This document shows, one piece after another, positions 48,096 to 59,006 of a stretch of DNA of 64,000 bases; the stretch's first letter is position 1; each line of letters begins with the position of its first letter. The notes below the pieces were generated by a model that saw nothing but the letters and a program-made list of their open reading frames with translations, searched no databases and was not told the DNA's origin. Where the stretch lies: assembly GCA_031285625.1 (NCBI GenBank), contig JAITVV010000084.1, positions 1 through 64,000 on the forward strand, given 5' to 3'. This stretch comes from Prevotella sp. (GTDB lineage: Bacteria > Bacteroidota > Bacteroidia > Bacteroidales > Dysgonomonadaceae). The position numbers and the translations under genes were made by a program.

Positions 48096-48421
48096 AACCT
48101 ATAATTTTATAATTTCTAAAACTACTAAATAACCTTAATTGAAACTCTAATAACTACTTTTAGACCCTGTTTCTAACAAATATAACTAAAATAAATATCT
48201 TCTTCAAGTTTAAATCTTCCAAAATATTTTCTTTCTGTCTAAAAACGAAACTTATTAATACTTTAATCATATATATCTATATACCAATATCTTAAATAGA
48301 CATCTATAAATTCGTCTTTTTAGAAAAATCGACTTTTATCCGATCATTTACCAAATCAGATATTTCACAATGAAAGTTTATTACAAAAGGATCGAAACTT
48401 TATTCGTAACTATCTTAAAAA

Positions 48422-49636
48422 TCAGGCTAAAGCCTTTGCTAAAATAGAAATCGGATGTTCACAACGTTTTGTTGTTGACATTTCTATCTGCCATTTGCAT
48501 GTCTCACAGTCGGTGACAACATAATCGATATCTGATGCTTCTATCTGTTGGAATAATGATTCACCTATATCCTGTGATGTTTTATAGTTTTCTTTTTTGA
48601 ATCCATACGTTCCGGCTATACCACAACACTGCGAATCAAGGACTTTCAACTCAATATTAGGAATCAATTTAAGCAGCTCTAAAGAATAATATGACCAACC
48701 TAGTTTTTCCATATGGCATGGTGTGTGATACGCAACCTTAATCTTATCTTTTTTCAGTTTTAACGGGATATCCGAAAGACTCAATAACCTGTATATATAA
48801 CGTGTAGCCAATTCTACCTGGTCTCTGACTTCGCGGGTATCTATGCCTAACAAATGAGGATATTCGTCGCGAATAGTAAATGTACATGTTGAAGAAGTGG
48901 CCACAACTGGTATATTTTTCTCAAGGATCGATTCTTTGATGGAAGCGACATTTACATTCGCCTGTTTACGAGCCTGATTAATAAACCCATTGGATATTAA
49001 GGCAACCCCGCAACATTTTTCCTTGCGTAACAACTGCACCCCAATACCAAGTGCATTAAAGACTTTTACCAGATCTTTACCCAATTGGGGGTTATTATAA
49101 TTAGCATAGCATCCATGAAAATAACTAACCTGCTTTGGAAAAGCTTTTTGCTCCTTAGCATGCTTTTTATACCAGCCTTCGAATGTCCCGAATGAATATT
49201 TAGGAAAATTACGATGATGATCTATTTGTAGCACTTTATCCAAAACAACTTTTGTTGGTTTTAGTGCCAAAGCAGTGTTTACTATAGGCGCAAAGGGTGT
49301 GGCGAGTGTTCCCACCAAATCTGTATTAGCTAAAATAAAGTCCCTGACCTTAGGTTTCTTCTTACTGTACTTGATACGGGCTGATTGAATAATATCGCCT
49401 ATCTTAACATTTGAAGGACAGGCAACTTCACATCTTTTGCAATTAATACAATATTTCAGAGCCTCATCATAAAAGTTCGATCTTTTCAAACGCAAGCGCT
49501 CACCATCAGGACCAGCCTGTTTAGGTCCCGGATAATCAGGATTTACCGCTGCGACAGGACAATATACAGTGCAAACTGTACATTTAATGCACTGTTCAAA
49601 ATTATTTTCGCTAACACTATGTTGTTGTAAGTTCAT
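48422..49636 (-). CDS. glpC: Anaerobic glycerol-3-phosphate dehydrogenase subunit C
   Basis: CIKCTVCTVYCP, YPGPKQAGPDGERLR, CINCKRCEVACP, CCG domains. Confidence 0.95.
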   Translation of the reverse strand: MNLQQHSVSENNFEQCIKCTVCTVYCPVAAVNPDYPGPKQAGPDGERLRLKRSNFYDEALKYCINCKRCEVACPSNVKIGDIIQSARIKYSKKKPKVRDFILANTDLVGTLATPFAPIVNTALALKPTKVVLDKVLQIDHHRNFPKYSFGTFEGWYKKHAKEQKAFPKQVSYFHGCYANYNNPQLGKDLVKVFNALGIGVQLLRKEKCCGVALISNGFINQARKQANVNVASIKESILEKNIPVVATSSTCTFTIRDEYPHLLGIDTREVRDQVELATRYIYRLLSLSDIPLKLKKDKIKVAYHTPCHMEKLGWSYYSLELLKLIPNIELKVLDSQCCGIAGTYGFKKENYKTSQDIGESLFQQIEASDIDYVVTDCETCKWQIEMSTTKRCEHPISILAKALA

Positions 49637-49648
49637 CTCAGTTCAATA

Positions 49649-50896
49649 TTATTTGCTTAATATACTTTCGGCGATTGCCAATGCACTTAATATAGATACA
49701 CCCGCACCACAACCTTCTTTAATAGGATTAAATCCTTCGAGAATAGCTCCTGAAACATATAGGTTATCAATAGCCTGCCCCTGCAATAATCCCCGGAACG
49801 AACGATCTGTTTTCACACCAAACTTCTGATAACCTTGTGATTCAAATATCTTAGTATTATACCACTCTTTCCTGTCGGGTGCATAAGATACATCCAAATT
49901 GAAAACAGGCTCATAGATACGATCGGAAGTAGCAATCAATCCCTGACTAAAGTAACTGCCTGTAGCCAGAACCACATCTTTACCCGTGAATGGAATATCC
50001 CCATGATTGTAAGAATAAAGCCTCACCACTTTATTGCCCTCTATATCAGCTTTCTTCACACTATCACCTAACATATACACACCACCCAATTTCAGAAAAT
50101 AGTCATGCAGATATTGTTGTGTATGAATTCCCACTATCGAAGGGGGCATCGTAGGTATCAGAAAAATCGGTTTTTCTACCGCTTCTTCCAGTTTATGCAA
50201 TGCATCAGACTCCAGACCAATACAGGCGGGGAAAATGATTGCATCACAACCGTTACTTTTCGCATTCAATATTTCAGCCAATTCACTTATTTTCTTATCC
50301 AGAACCCGTGCAATATTAGTAGATCGCAATTCACTGGGATTCCTGCGTAAATGCTCAATATCCGGTAAATCGAATAAGTGAATATCACTTTCTGTTCCTA
50401 ATTTCAAAAACTCATCCGCTATAAATTGAGGGTAGAAATCGAGAAAGCCAATAAGATTGAATATCGCTACTTTTTTCCAAGGCAATGACTCATTGATGTT
50501 ACTGGATGCAAATCCCTGAGTGGACAGCCATGTCGGTTTAAGCAATCCCATCGGGGTAACTCTATAGTGATTTTGCTTCGCATTACCTTTCAATGAAATG
50601 TTTACACCTTTGAAGAATTGCTCCGCTGTAAATGCCATATCTAAGAATTTATCCTTACCTAGTTTTGCATAAGGATGCTCCGGTGCCTGTCGTATTAATT
50701 CATCGATAGATGCAAGCGGGTTGCTAACCTCTGTCCCATCAGGTAAAACATTTAATAAATCAAAAGAGCCGGATGAAAAATGCAATGCGCTTTGCCCGGA
50801 TGAGATGATTACACAACGCTGTCCCTGCTGAGACAAACGTATTCCGCAAATCAGTCCGGATAATCCTCCACCTATTATAACTGTATCAAATTTCAT
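49649..50896 (-). CDS. glpB: Anaerobic glycerol-3-phosphate dehydrogenase subunit B
   Basis: MKFDTVIIGGGLSG, GQSALHFSSGS, LATGSYFSQGL, EGCGAGV. Confidence 0.95.
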   Translation of the reverse strand: MKFDTVIIGGGLSGLICGIRLSQQGQRCVIISSGQSALHFSSGSFDLLNVLPDGTEVSNPLASIDELIRQAPEHPYAKLGKDKFLDMAFTAEQFFKGVNISLKGNAKQNHYRVTPMGLLKPTWLSTQGFASSNINESLPWKKVAIFNLIGFLDFYPQFIADEFLKLGTESDIHLFDLPDIEHLRRNPSELRSTNIARVLDKKISELAEILNAKSNGCDAIIFPACIGLESDALHKLEEAVEKPIFLIPTMPPSIVGIHTQQYLHDYFLKLGGVYMLGDSVKKADIEGNKVVRLYSYNHGDIPFTGKDVVLATGSYFSQGLIATSDRIYEPVFNLDVSYAPDRKEWYNTKIFESQGYQKFGVKTDRSFRGLLQGQAIDNLYVSGAILEGFNPIKEGCGAGVSILSALAIAESILSK

Positions 50897-50903
50897 TTCA
50901 GTC

Positions 50904-52523
50904 TCATTTTTTTGTTGACGTTAGACCACAAATACTCTCATAAACCCAAGCAGTATATTCGCTTTCGCGCAGAGTATCTCCCCATGCAATAGGATAAACG
51001 CCTTTCCATCGTTCATTCAGGAATGAGGATAATTCTTCTTTGGCACGCTTGCTGCAAAACTTATCAGTACTACTCATGATACCTGCCGCTCTACAGGCAC
51101 ATAATTCTCCTTGACAAGTACCCATTCCTACACGGGTTCTGCGCCTCAGATCGACCAGGCTTTTTACATTTAATTCATCCAGTGCAAACTTAACCTCTCC
51201 AACAGAAACTTCTTCACATTCGCATACAAGGCTATTATCCAACTCTGTATTATCAGATAATTTTTCTGCCATATCTCCATGACGATAGATAGCCGATTTT
51301 CGCTGTGCTAATGGAAGTGAAACTATTTTTCGATTAATCTCTTCCAACTTCTCGCGTGAGCCCGGAAGATTTTCTTCTGCAGTAGTACAAGCAGCCGATA
51401 CATTTAGTTTTTCACATACGAGGTCGGTAGCCCATTCGGCCATCAGTCTGTAAGTCATAAGCTTTCCTCCGGTAATAGTTATATATCCCTGCAAGCCATC
51501 CCGTTTGGCATGATCCAACAATACTATACCGCGACTGACATTACGCCCTGTAGGATCATCGTCTGATGCAACCAGAGGACGTACTCCTGCATAAGCCCGC
51601 AAAATACGTGTTTTAGCTAAACGAGGAGATAGTTTTTCACCCTCACGTATCAGTATATCAACCTCCTCCGGTGTTACAATCATATTATCAATCTGATCGT
51701 AGGGTATATTTGTCGATGTTGTTCCTATCAACGATATTGTATCACCGGGTACCAGGATATCTGCATCGGCCGGTTTACGGCATCTGTTAAGAACCAGGTT
51801 ATTCACCCTGTGTCCAAAAATCAACAGGGAGCCTTTAGCCGGCAACATATTTACAGTGACACCTGCAAGTTGCGATATATGTTGTCCCCATATACCTCCT
51901 GCATTAACGACAATAGATCCATATATTTGTTTTGTTTCTTTTGCTTTGTGATCAAATACCTCAACCCCAGTCACACGATCTTGCTCTTTAAGCAATCCTA
52001 TAACTTCATGATAAGTTAATACTGAGGCTCCGTGATCTTTCGCATCTATCATATTTGAAGCGGTTAGCCGGAACGGGTCGACTGAACCATCAGGAACCTT
52101 TACTGCTCCAATAATATCAGGATTAGCGGAGGGTTCGAGAAGTAATGCTGCTTTAGGGTCGATCACCTCTGCTCTAATTCCGGCAGAAATGCAGGCCTCC
52201 ACAAATTTGGCCTGATAATTTATATCATCTTCCGGCAGGCTTAGAAATAAGCCATTTGTTTCTTCCACGCAATGGCTGGCTATTCTTTTCAGAATCATAT
52301 TTTCTTTGATGCATTCTTCAGCCGACTCTCTGTCAGTTACAGCATAACGGGCACCACTATGCAACAAACCATGATTACGGCCGGTTGCACCTGTAGCAAT
52401 ATCATACCGCTCAAGCAACAAAGCCTTTAATCCTCTACGGGAACAATCACGGGCTACCCCTGCTCCTGTTGCACCCCCACCAATGATTATAACATCAAAT
52501 ATTTTTGTAGATTCCATATTCAT
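50904..52523 (-). CDS. glpA: Anaerobic glycerol-3-phosphate dehydrogenase subunit A
   Basis: GGGATG, GATGRNHGLLHSGARY, CECE..., RRRTRVGMGTCQGELC. Confidence 0.95.
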   Translation of the reverse strand: MNMESTKIFDVIIIGGGATGAGVARDCSRRGLKALLLERYDIATGATGRNHGLLHSGARYAVTDRESAEECIKENMILKRIASHCVEETNGLFLSLPEDDINYQAKFVEACISAGIRAEVIDPKAALLLEPSANPDIIGAVKVPDGSVDPFRLTASNMIDAKDHGASVLTYHEVIGLLKEQDRVTGVEVFDHKAKETKQIYGSIVVNAGGIWGQHISQLAGVTVNMLPAKGSLLIFGHRVNNLVLNRCRKPADADILVPGDTISLIGTTSTNIPYDQIDNMIVTPEEVDILIREGEKLSPRLAKTRILRAYAGVRPLVASDDDPTGRNVSRGIVLLDHAKRDGLQGYITITGGKLMTYRLMAEWATDLVCEKLNVSAACTTAEENLPGSREKLEEINRKIVSLPLAQRKSAIYRHGDMAEKLSDNTELDNSLVCECEEVSVGEVKFALDELNVKSLVDLRRRTRVGMGTCQGELCACRAAGIMSSTDKFCSKRAKEELSSFLNERWKGVYPIAWGDTLRESEYTAWVYESICGLTSTKK

Positions 52524-52576
52524 TTTATTAAGCCTATACAAATAAACGAATAAAACGGAAGATATCAAAACAAAAT

Positions 52577-52606
52577 AAAGTTTATTTCGAAAGATATCGA
52601 AACTTT
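52577..52606. promoter_or_regulatory. Candidate GlpR operator upstream of glpA
   Basis: AAAGTTTATTTCGAAAGATATCGAAACTTT; TCGAAA units also cluster upstream of glpD. Confidence 0.55.
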
Positions 52607-52616
52607 TATTATAAAG

Positions 52617-52645
52617 AAAAGGGAAACCGATTTGGCTTCCCTTTC
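52617..52645 (-). terminator. Terminator after the porin gene
   Basis: AAAGGGAAACC/GGCTTCCCTTT stem with a minus-strand T-run. Confidence 0.7.
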
Positions 52646-52668
52646 AAACATCAGACTGATTTCAACTA

Positions 52669-53841
52669 TTAGAATACGACTTGCACCCTAGCCTGTATAG
52701 CATTAATATTTTCTCCTGCAGCAAGAGGATTATTACGTCCTAAAGCTACATTTGAATAATCTAATCTGAACATTACATATTTATTCAGATAATAGTTACC
52801 TGCAAATGACCAGTCACTCATACGACCGCCTTTTATACCAGAATGGGCATTATCCAGGTCAGTATAGTTATATCTCAATGCAAACTCCAAAGACTTAGGC
52901 TTAGGAGTTCCCATTCTGGCCCATGATGCAGAGTAAGTATAATTTCCTCCGATAGCCAGAAAACCTATCTGAGCATATGCTCCACTAGCTTTATATGCAG
53001 GAAGATCATCTTTACGTTCTACATTACTATGGAAATATTCCGCCTGAAGATGTACCGGTCCATAGGCGCCGATCAGTTCCACTGCATATTTTGCCTGATA
53101 ATCAGCATTGGCTATACTCGCATTTATAAATTTACGTTTCTCTACGTTTGTTATCAATGAGCTTCCATAACCAATTGTCTTAGGTTTCTGCACGCCATCA
53201 GCATCAAATCCATTCGCATCAGCTTTACGATACGAGCCAGCCAGACCGATATGAAATATTTTACCTTCCTGTTGGAGCGGATTAAATACGACACGCCCGG
53301 TTGCTGCATAGCCATCATCACCTTCAATAGAGTTATTCATAGAATCCCCATCAGCAAAAGCACCGATACCTACCCACATATATTTATTCCATCCAATATA
53401 TTCAACTCCTAGCTTTCTTCCCGGAGAAAAAGCAAAAGAAGAAGCATTAGCCGTGATGAACTTAATATTTGCCGAACTTTCCATATGATCAATACCAAAA
53501 GGCTCTGCAAAATGTCCTCCTCTGACATATGATGTCTTATTCAGATTATATTGCAGGAAAATATCTTTATAACCTACTTTTCCTCCGGCAAATCCGATAT
53601 CGACTTTCACATCAAAACTTTTATACTTGGCTTTCAGTCCCAGACGGACATCGGTCAAGGCTACCCCATTACTCAGATCGGTTTCATCTTCAAGGTATGT
53701 AGCTCCATCAAAGTAGAAACGTCCCATCGGAGTGATCTTGATAGTTTCCTCTCCTACTTTCACATCTACCGATTGTGCCGAAAGTGATGCAAATCCAAGT
53801 ATTAGCAGGACAATAACTATATTTAATCTGTGACTAAACAT
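52669..53841 (-). CDS. Phosphate-selective porin (OprO/OprP family)
   Basis: Signal peptide; GRFYFDGA..., VRLG, GHFAEPFGIDHMESS, LEFALRYNYTDL, NYYLN, QARVQVVF. Confidence 0.85.
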   Translation of the reverse strand: MFSHRLNIVIVLLILGFASLSAQSVDVKVGEETIKITPMGRFYFDGATYLEDETDLSNGVALTDVRLGLKAKYKSFDVKVDIGFAGGKVGYKDIFLQYNLNKTSYVRGGHFAEPFGIDHMESSANIKFITANASSFAFSPGRKLGVEYIGWNKYMWVGIGAFADGDSMNNSIEGDDGYAATGRVVFNPLQQEGKIFHIGLAGSYRKADANGFDADGVQKPKTIGYGSSLITNVEKRKFINASIANADYQAKYAVELIGAYGPVHLQAEYFHSNVERKDDLPAYKASGAYAQIGFLAIGGNYTYSASWARMGTPKPKSLEFALRYNYTDLDNAHSGIKGGRMSDWSFAGNYYLNKYVMFRLDYSNVALGRNNPLAAGENINAIQARVQVVF

Positions 53842-53843
53842 AA

Positions 53844-54797
53844 CTATGGTTTTTTATTGGTTTTATTAGCCTTCATACCCATTTCTTTTGTTACGTAAGT
53901 ATGATTTCCTTCAGGAACGTCGTTACAATAAACGATTACCGCATTTGGGTCTTTATCCCAATATTGTTTCACTGTCATACCTTCCATATTTCCGGCATGT
54001 TCTTTTTCAATCTTAACATTATCAGGATTAACCATCAATTTCATACCTACCGATTCATCCATCATTTCCATGTCGCCACGGCTGTTACCACCTACGATAA
54101 TAGGACGCGCCTTAATAAATGTATGGATAGTTTCACCTTTACCCCAGTCTTGAGGAACAGGAGTCACCATTTCATCTGTAGTTTTTCCATCCCTTACAGT
54201 AGATTTTACACCAATAATGCGATCTACAGGAATACCAAGTTGTTCGTGAACGAAACGTTGATAAAGAAATTCGGGAGAAGCTGTAAGCACCCATATTTCA
54301 ATACCGTATTCTTGCAGATTAGCTAAAAATTCTTTCATCTCAGGATACATTTTACCTTGAAATTTTTCATGGAAAGAATTATTCCCAATTGTAGCAATTT
54401 CGTCCGGAGTAAGACCTGCAAAATATTTAATACGTTTCTGTACATAAGCTATACCCACGTTGTCAGGTCCGTTTACCATATCATCCACAATTGCCATTTT
54501 TTCTTTGGAATATTTGTCGTTTTTACCTGCATATGTCTTTTTTGCATGGTCTAAAAGAGCCTCATCCGCCAGATAATAGGGAACTTGACCGAATAAAGTT
54601 CCGTCGCAGTCAAATATAGCGACTTTACGTTCTTTCATGGTGATTGTAGAATTCAAAAAGCTTTCTATACGATCATTTGCCTCCTTAGGCCATCCTTTAA
54701 TATAACGGTACGTTTGAGCGGTTAAAGCAAACGAAGAGGATAATAACATCACCGCTACAAGGCATAACGCCTTGCGCATAAAATTCATTTTTTTCAT
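53844..54797 (-). CDS. Secreted HAD-superfamily phosphatase
   Basis: Signal peptide; FDCDGTL (DxDGT), LTAS, WGK, GGNSRGD motifs. Confidence 0.88.
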   Translation of the reverse strand: MKKMNFMRKALCLVAVMLLSSSFALTAQTYRYIKGWPKEANDRIESFLNSTITMKERKVAIFDCDGTLFGQVPYYLADEALLDHAKKTYAGKNDKYSKEKMAIVDDMVNGPDNVGIAYVQKRIKYFAGLTPDEIATIGNNSFHEKFQGKMYPEMKEFLANLQEYGIEIWVLTASPEFLYQRFVHEQLGIPVDRIIGVKSTVRDGKTTDEMVTPVPQDWGKGETIHTFIKARPIIVGGNSRGDMEMMDESVGMKLMVNPDNVKIEKEHAGNMEGMTVKQYWDKDPNAVIVYCNDVPEGNHTYVTKEMGMKANKTNKKP

Positions 54798-54855
54798 AAT
54801 AAGAAAATTTACAGATTAATAACTACTTGATTTTTAGTATTCTTTTTGATTAGAT

Positions 54856-55551
54856 TTAACTTACGATCATAAATAATCCGGCAGCAAGGACTGCTCCCAC
54901 AGAAGGACCTAATACAGGAATCCAGGAATACCCCCAATCACTATCCCTTTTTCCTTTTATAGGCAATATGGCATGGGCTATACGAGGCCCTAAGTCACGT
55001 GCCGGGTTAATGGCGTATCCTGTGGTTCCTCCTAATGACATACCAATTGCAACAATTAGTAAAGAAACCGGTAGAGGCCCGGCAATCTCAGCTCCACGAA
55101 CCATCAATATACCAAATACGAGTATAAATGTTCCGATTACTTCACTCATAAAATTATAGAAGTACGCCCTTATGGCAGGACCTGTACAAAACACACCTTT
55201 CTTAGCATCAGGGTTTTCCTCTGCATCAAAGTGAGGTTTATACATAAGAAACACCAAACTGGCACCTAAAATAGCACCGAGTATTTGTGCTACAATATAA
55301 CCAACAACGCTACCTTCAAAACTCCCAGCCAATGCAAGTCCTATAGTAACTGCAGGATTCAGATGGGCCCCCGAATAAGGCGCAGAAATAAAGGCGGCAA
55401 CAAAAACGGCAAAACCCCAGCCAAATGCAATCACACCCCAGCCGGCGCCATTACCCAATGTCTTTTTCAGAGAAACATTCGCACATACCCCTGCCCCAAA
55501 GAGTATTAAAATTGCTGTTCCGATGAATTCGAATATTATATCTTTTCCCAT
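54856..55551 (-). CDS. glpF: Glycerol uptake facilitator (aquaglyceroporin)
   Basis: SGAHLNPAVT and TGYAINPARDLGPR. Confidence 0.95.
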   Translation of the reverse strand: MGKDIIFEFIGTAILILFGAGVCANVSLKKTLGNGAGWGVIAFGWGFAVFVAAFISAPYSGAHLNPAVTIGLALAGSFEGSVVGYIVAQILGAILGASLVFLMYKPHFDAEENPDAKKGVFCTGPAIRAYFYNFMSEVIGTFILVFGILMVRGAEIAGPLPVSLLIVAIGMSLGGTTGYAINPARDLGPRIAHAILPIKGKRDSDWGYSWIPVLGPSVGAVLAAGLFMIVS

Positions 55552-55608
55552 GGTATTATATTACTTTTACAAGTATAGATTTAGTACAGTTAGTTTTATA
55601 TAGGGGTA

Positions 55609-57099
55609 TTATTTAACCCAGGAACGTGAGCGATAAACGGCATCACTCCATTTCCTTTTGGCCAGCTGCATATCAAGACTTTTATCCGGTTCGAAACGAG
55701 ACTCAACATGCCATTGTTTCTGTACTTCTTCTATATTTTCCCAATAGCCGACAGCCAGACCTGCCAGATAGGCGGCACCAAGCGCTGTGGTTTCTGTGGT
55801 TTGAGGACGTATCACTGTTTGCCCAAGTACATCAGACTGGAATTGCATTAGCAGATCATTTTTAGCAGCACCACCATCAACGCGAAGCTCTTTCAATCCG
55901 ACACCTGCATCCAGAATCATAGCATTAATAACATCCATTGTCTGATATGCAATACCTTCCAAAGCAGCCCTTGCTATATGTGCTGCGGTTGTTCCCCTGG
56001 ATATTCCTACAATAGTACCACGCGCATACTGATCCCAATATGGAGCACCTAACCCTGTAAGGGCAGGTACAAAATATACATCCCCACTATCAGGAACCTT
56101 CATAGCCAGTTGTTCGATTTCAGCCGAGGATTCTATTATATTCAATCCGTCTCTCAACCATTGTACAATAGCTCCTCCCATAAAAATACTGCCTTCCAAT
56201 GCATATGCTGTCTTACCACCTACCTGCCATGCAATAGTAGTAATAAGATTATTTTTAGAAAAAACAGGTTCTTCACCAGTATTCATCAAGATAAAGCAGC
56301 CTGTACCGTAGGTATTTTTCACCATACCTTTTTCTATACACATTTGCCCAAACAAAGCGGCCTGTTGGTCTCCGGCAATTCCGGCAATAGGTACTTTAGA
56401 TGCAAAAATTGTAGTTTTGGTATGCCCATAGATTTCGCTCGAAGCACAAACCCGTGGCATCATACTTTTAGGTATATTGAAGAGTTTCAATAGATCTTCA
56501 TCCCATTCCAAAGAGCTGATATTAAACAACATGGTACGTGATGCATTCGTCACATCGGTTACATGCATTTCACCTCTTGTTAGCTGCCATACAATCCAGG
56601 AATCGACAGTTCCAAAAACCAGATCTCCTTTTTCGGCTTTTTCCCTTGCCCCGTCTACATTATCCAATATCCATTTTATCTTAGTAGCACTAAAATAGGC
56701 GTCTATTATCAGCCCGGTTTTATCTTTTATACAAGGTAAATATCCTTCATTTTTAAGCTTATCACAATAATCGGAAGTCCGCCTGTCTTGCCATACAATA
56801 GCGTTATACACCGGTTCTCCGGTTTTTCTATCCCAAACAATTGTAGTTTCGCGCTGGTTTGTAATTCCTATAGCGGCAATATTGCTCCCGTTTATTCCAA
56901 TTTTTGTAATTGCCTCTGCAGCAACTGCAGCTTGCGACGACCATATTTCATGAGGATCGTGCTCTACCCAGCCACTTTGCGGGAAAATTTGCGTAAATTC
57001 CTTCTGTGCAACAGAACAAATTTCGCCTTTGCGGTTAAATACTATTGCCCTGGAACTGGTGGTTCCTGCATCAAATGATAAAATATATTGCTCTTCCAT
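55609..57099 (-). CDS. glpK: Glycerol kinase
   Basis: [47 protein letters not shown]. Confidence 0.97.
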   Translation of the reverse strand: MEEQYILSFDAGTTSSRAIVFNRKGEICSVAQKEFTQIFPQSGWVEHDPHEIWSSQAAVAAEAITKIGINGSNIAAIGITNQRETTIVWDRKTGEPVYNAIVWQDRRTSDYCDKLKNEGYLPCIKDKTGLIIDAYFSATKIKWILDNVDGAREKAEKGDLVFGTVDSWIVWQLTRGEMHVTDVTNASRTMLFNISSLEWDEDLLKLFNIPKSMMPRVCASSEIYGHTKTTIFASKVPIAGIAGDQQAALFGQMCIEKGMVKNTYGTGCFILMNTGEEPVFSKNNLITTIAWQVGGKTAYALEGSIFMGGAIVQWLRDGLNIIESSAEIEQLAMKVPDSGDVYFVPALTGLGAPYWDQYARGTIVGISRGTTAAHIARAALEGIAYQTMDVINAMILDAGVGLKELRVDGGAAKNDLLMQFQSDVLGQTVIRPQTTETTALGAAYLAGLAVGYWENIEEVQKQWHVESRFEPDKSLDMQLAKRKWSDAVYRSRSWVK

Positions 57100-57144
57100 G
57101 GTATAATTAGGTATTTTAGATTCATGTAATTTGCTCATCAACAC

Positions 57145-58728
57145 TTACGGTCGATAAGGTACTAATAAATAATGTTGTGCCAAGTCTACAAATTCATTTA
57201 TTTGAGTATTTTGCCACTCTGCATCTTTACCCATTTCCTTAGCCATAACAGCAGCAACTTTCGGAGCCATATCAATAGCTGCCCGGGCATCAAGAAATAA
57301 AATCCTAAGCCTTCTTGCCAAAACATCTTCTACAGTTAAAGCCATTTCCTCCCTTACAGCCCAAACGACTTCAGATGCTGTATAATCATAGTCGGGATGC
57401 AGCTTTTCAGCTAAACTAATATCTTCCTTTTGCAGCCGTTGAATATTATCAATATCACATCCATATACATAGTTAAAGTTAGATCTATCTACATTTTCCT
57501 TATAACCATGTATCTGTAGCTCTCTTGTTCTACACTCTTTATGCTCCAGCTTGCCCACAGCAATTGCTTTATTTATCACATCCTCAGCCATATCACGGTA
57601 TGTAGTCCATTTTCCGCCTGTAATAGTCATTAGCCCACTGTCAGAAATAACGATTTTATGACTGCGTGATATCTCTTTCGTTTTTGTACCATCAGCATTA
57701 TTTTTTGGTGCAGCAAGCGGCCTAAGCCCTGCAAACACAGAAAGCACATCTTCCCGTTTTGGTTTTTTAGCAAGGTATTGCCCGGCAGTTGTAAGAATAA
57801 ATTCTATTTCTTCCTCTAACGCCTGCGGCTCCAATACAAATTCTTTAAGAGGAGTATCGGTTGTCCCCAATACAACTTTATCATGCCACGGAACGCCAAA
57901 CATCACTCGACCGTCACTGGTTTTGGGCACCATTATAGCAGTATCACCTCCCAGGAATGATTTATCAACAACAAGATGCACACCCTGACTCGGACGTACA
58001 ATATTATCCTTTTCGGGAGCATCCATCTTCATCAGGTCATCCACAAATATACCTGTTGCGTTGATAACCATTTTCGCATGAAGAGTATAATTCTTCCCAC
58101 TCAGTTCATCATAAACTTTTGCCCCAGATATTTTACCCGATTCATCTTTAGTAAGACTTGTTACTTTCACATAATTAGCAACAACCGCCCCTTGCTCTAC
58201 AGCCGTTTGCATCAGATTAATACCCATACGGGAATCATCAAACTGTCCATCATGATAGACAACACCACCCCTCAATTTATCAAGAGCTATCTGGGGAATT
58301 TCTTTTATCACCGCCTTCTTACTCATAGGCAAAGACCTCCCTAGACCTCGTTTACCTGCAAGAATATCGTAAATAGTTAATCCAATGGTATAAAATGGCT
58401 TTTCCCACCATTTATAGTTACCTATAATAAATCGTTGATCTTTTACTAAATGAGGAGCATTCTTTTTCATTAATCCCCTTTCTCTAAGAGCTTCAATAAC
58501 CAAGCCAACATCTCCCTGAGCCAGATAGCGCACACCTCCATGCACCAACTTTGTACTACGACTGGAAGTTGCCTTTGTAAAGTCAGCCTGCTCCACAAGC
58601 ACCACCTTAAAGCCGCGCGACGCAGCATCAACGGCAGCGCCTAAACCTGTAGCTCCACCACCGACAACAACAAAGTCCCAAATTACAGATTCATCGGCTA
58701 TTTTATTTATATAATCTTCCCTTTTCAT
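57145..58728 (-). CDS. glpD: FAD-dependent glycerol-3-phosphate dehydrogenase/oxidase
   Basis: GGGATG, TSSRSTKLVHGGVRYL, DGQFDD.R, GLRPL, GGKWTTYR. Confidence 0.93.
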   Translation of the reverse strand: MKREDYINKIADESVIWDFVVVGGGATGLGAAVDAASRGFKVVLVEQADFTKATSSRSTKLVHGGVRYLAQGDVGLVIEALRERGLMKKNAPHLVKDQRFIIGNYKWWEKPFYTIGLTIYDILAGKRGLGRSLPMSKKAVIKEIPQIALDKLRGGVVYHDGQFDDSRMGINLMQTAVEQGAVVANYVKVTSLTKDESGKISGAKVYDELSGKNYTLHAKMVINATGIFVDDLMKMDAPEKDNIVRPSQGVHLVVDKSFLGGDTAIMVPKTSDGRVMFGVPWHDKVVLGTTDTPLKEFVLEPQALEEEIEFILTTAGQYLAKKPKREDVLSVFAGLRPLAAPKNNADGTKTKEISRSHKIVISDSGLMTITGGKWTTYRDMAEDVINKAIAVGKLEHKECRTRELQIHGYKENVDRSNFNYVYGCDIDNIQRLQKEDISLAEKLHPDYDYTASEVVWAVREEMALTVEDVLARRLRILFLDARAAIDMAPKVAAVMAKEMGKDAEWQNTQINEFVDLAQHYLLVPYRP

Positions 58729-58749
58729 GAATATTCTTAATTTGATTAC

Positions 58750-58860
58750 TACAAATATAAATTACTTTTTCAATAAAAAAAATAAAATTCGAAACTTTTT
58801 TAAACAATATCGAAATTATATAAAATAAATTCAAAATAATTCAAAGCAAATTCGAAATAT
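58750..58860. promoter_or_regulatory. glpD promoter with a cluster of candidate GlpR sites
   Basis: Minus-strand TATATTTG at about 58752-58759; repeated (T/A)TCGAAA and ATTCAAA units from 58787 to 58857. Confidence 0.55.
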
Positions 58861-59006
58861 AAAACAAGATAAATCACTCAATAACAAACAACTACAATAT
58901 CCGAATTACAATTCCTATAAATACATAAACCCTATACCATAAGAATTAGTTCATTTAAACTAGATTTTTTATATCTTTGTGTATATGATCATTAATAATA
59001 TTGGGT

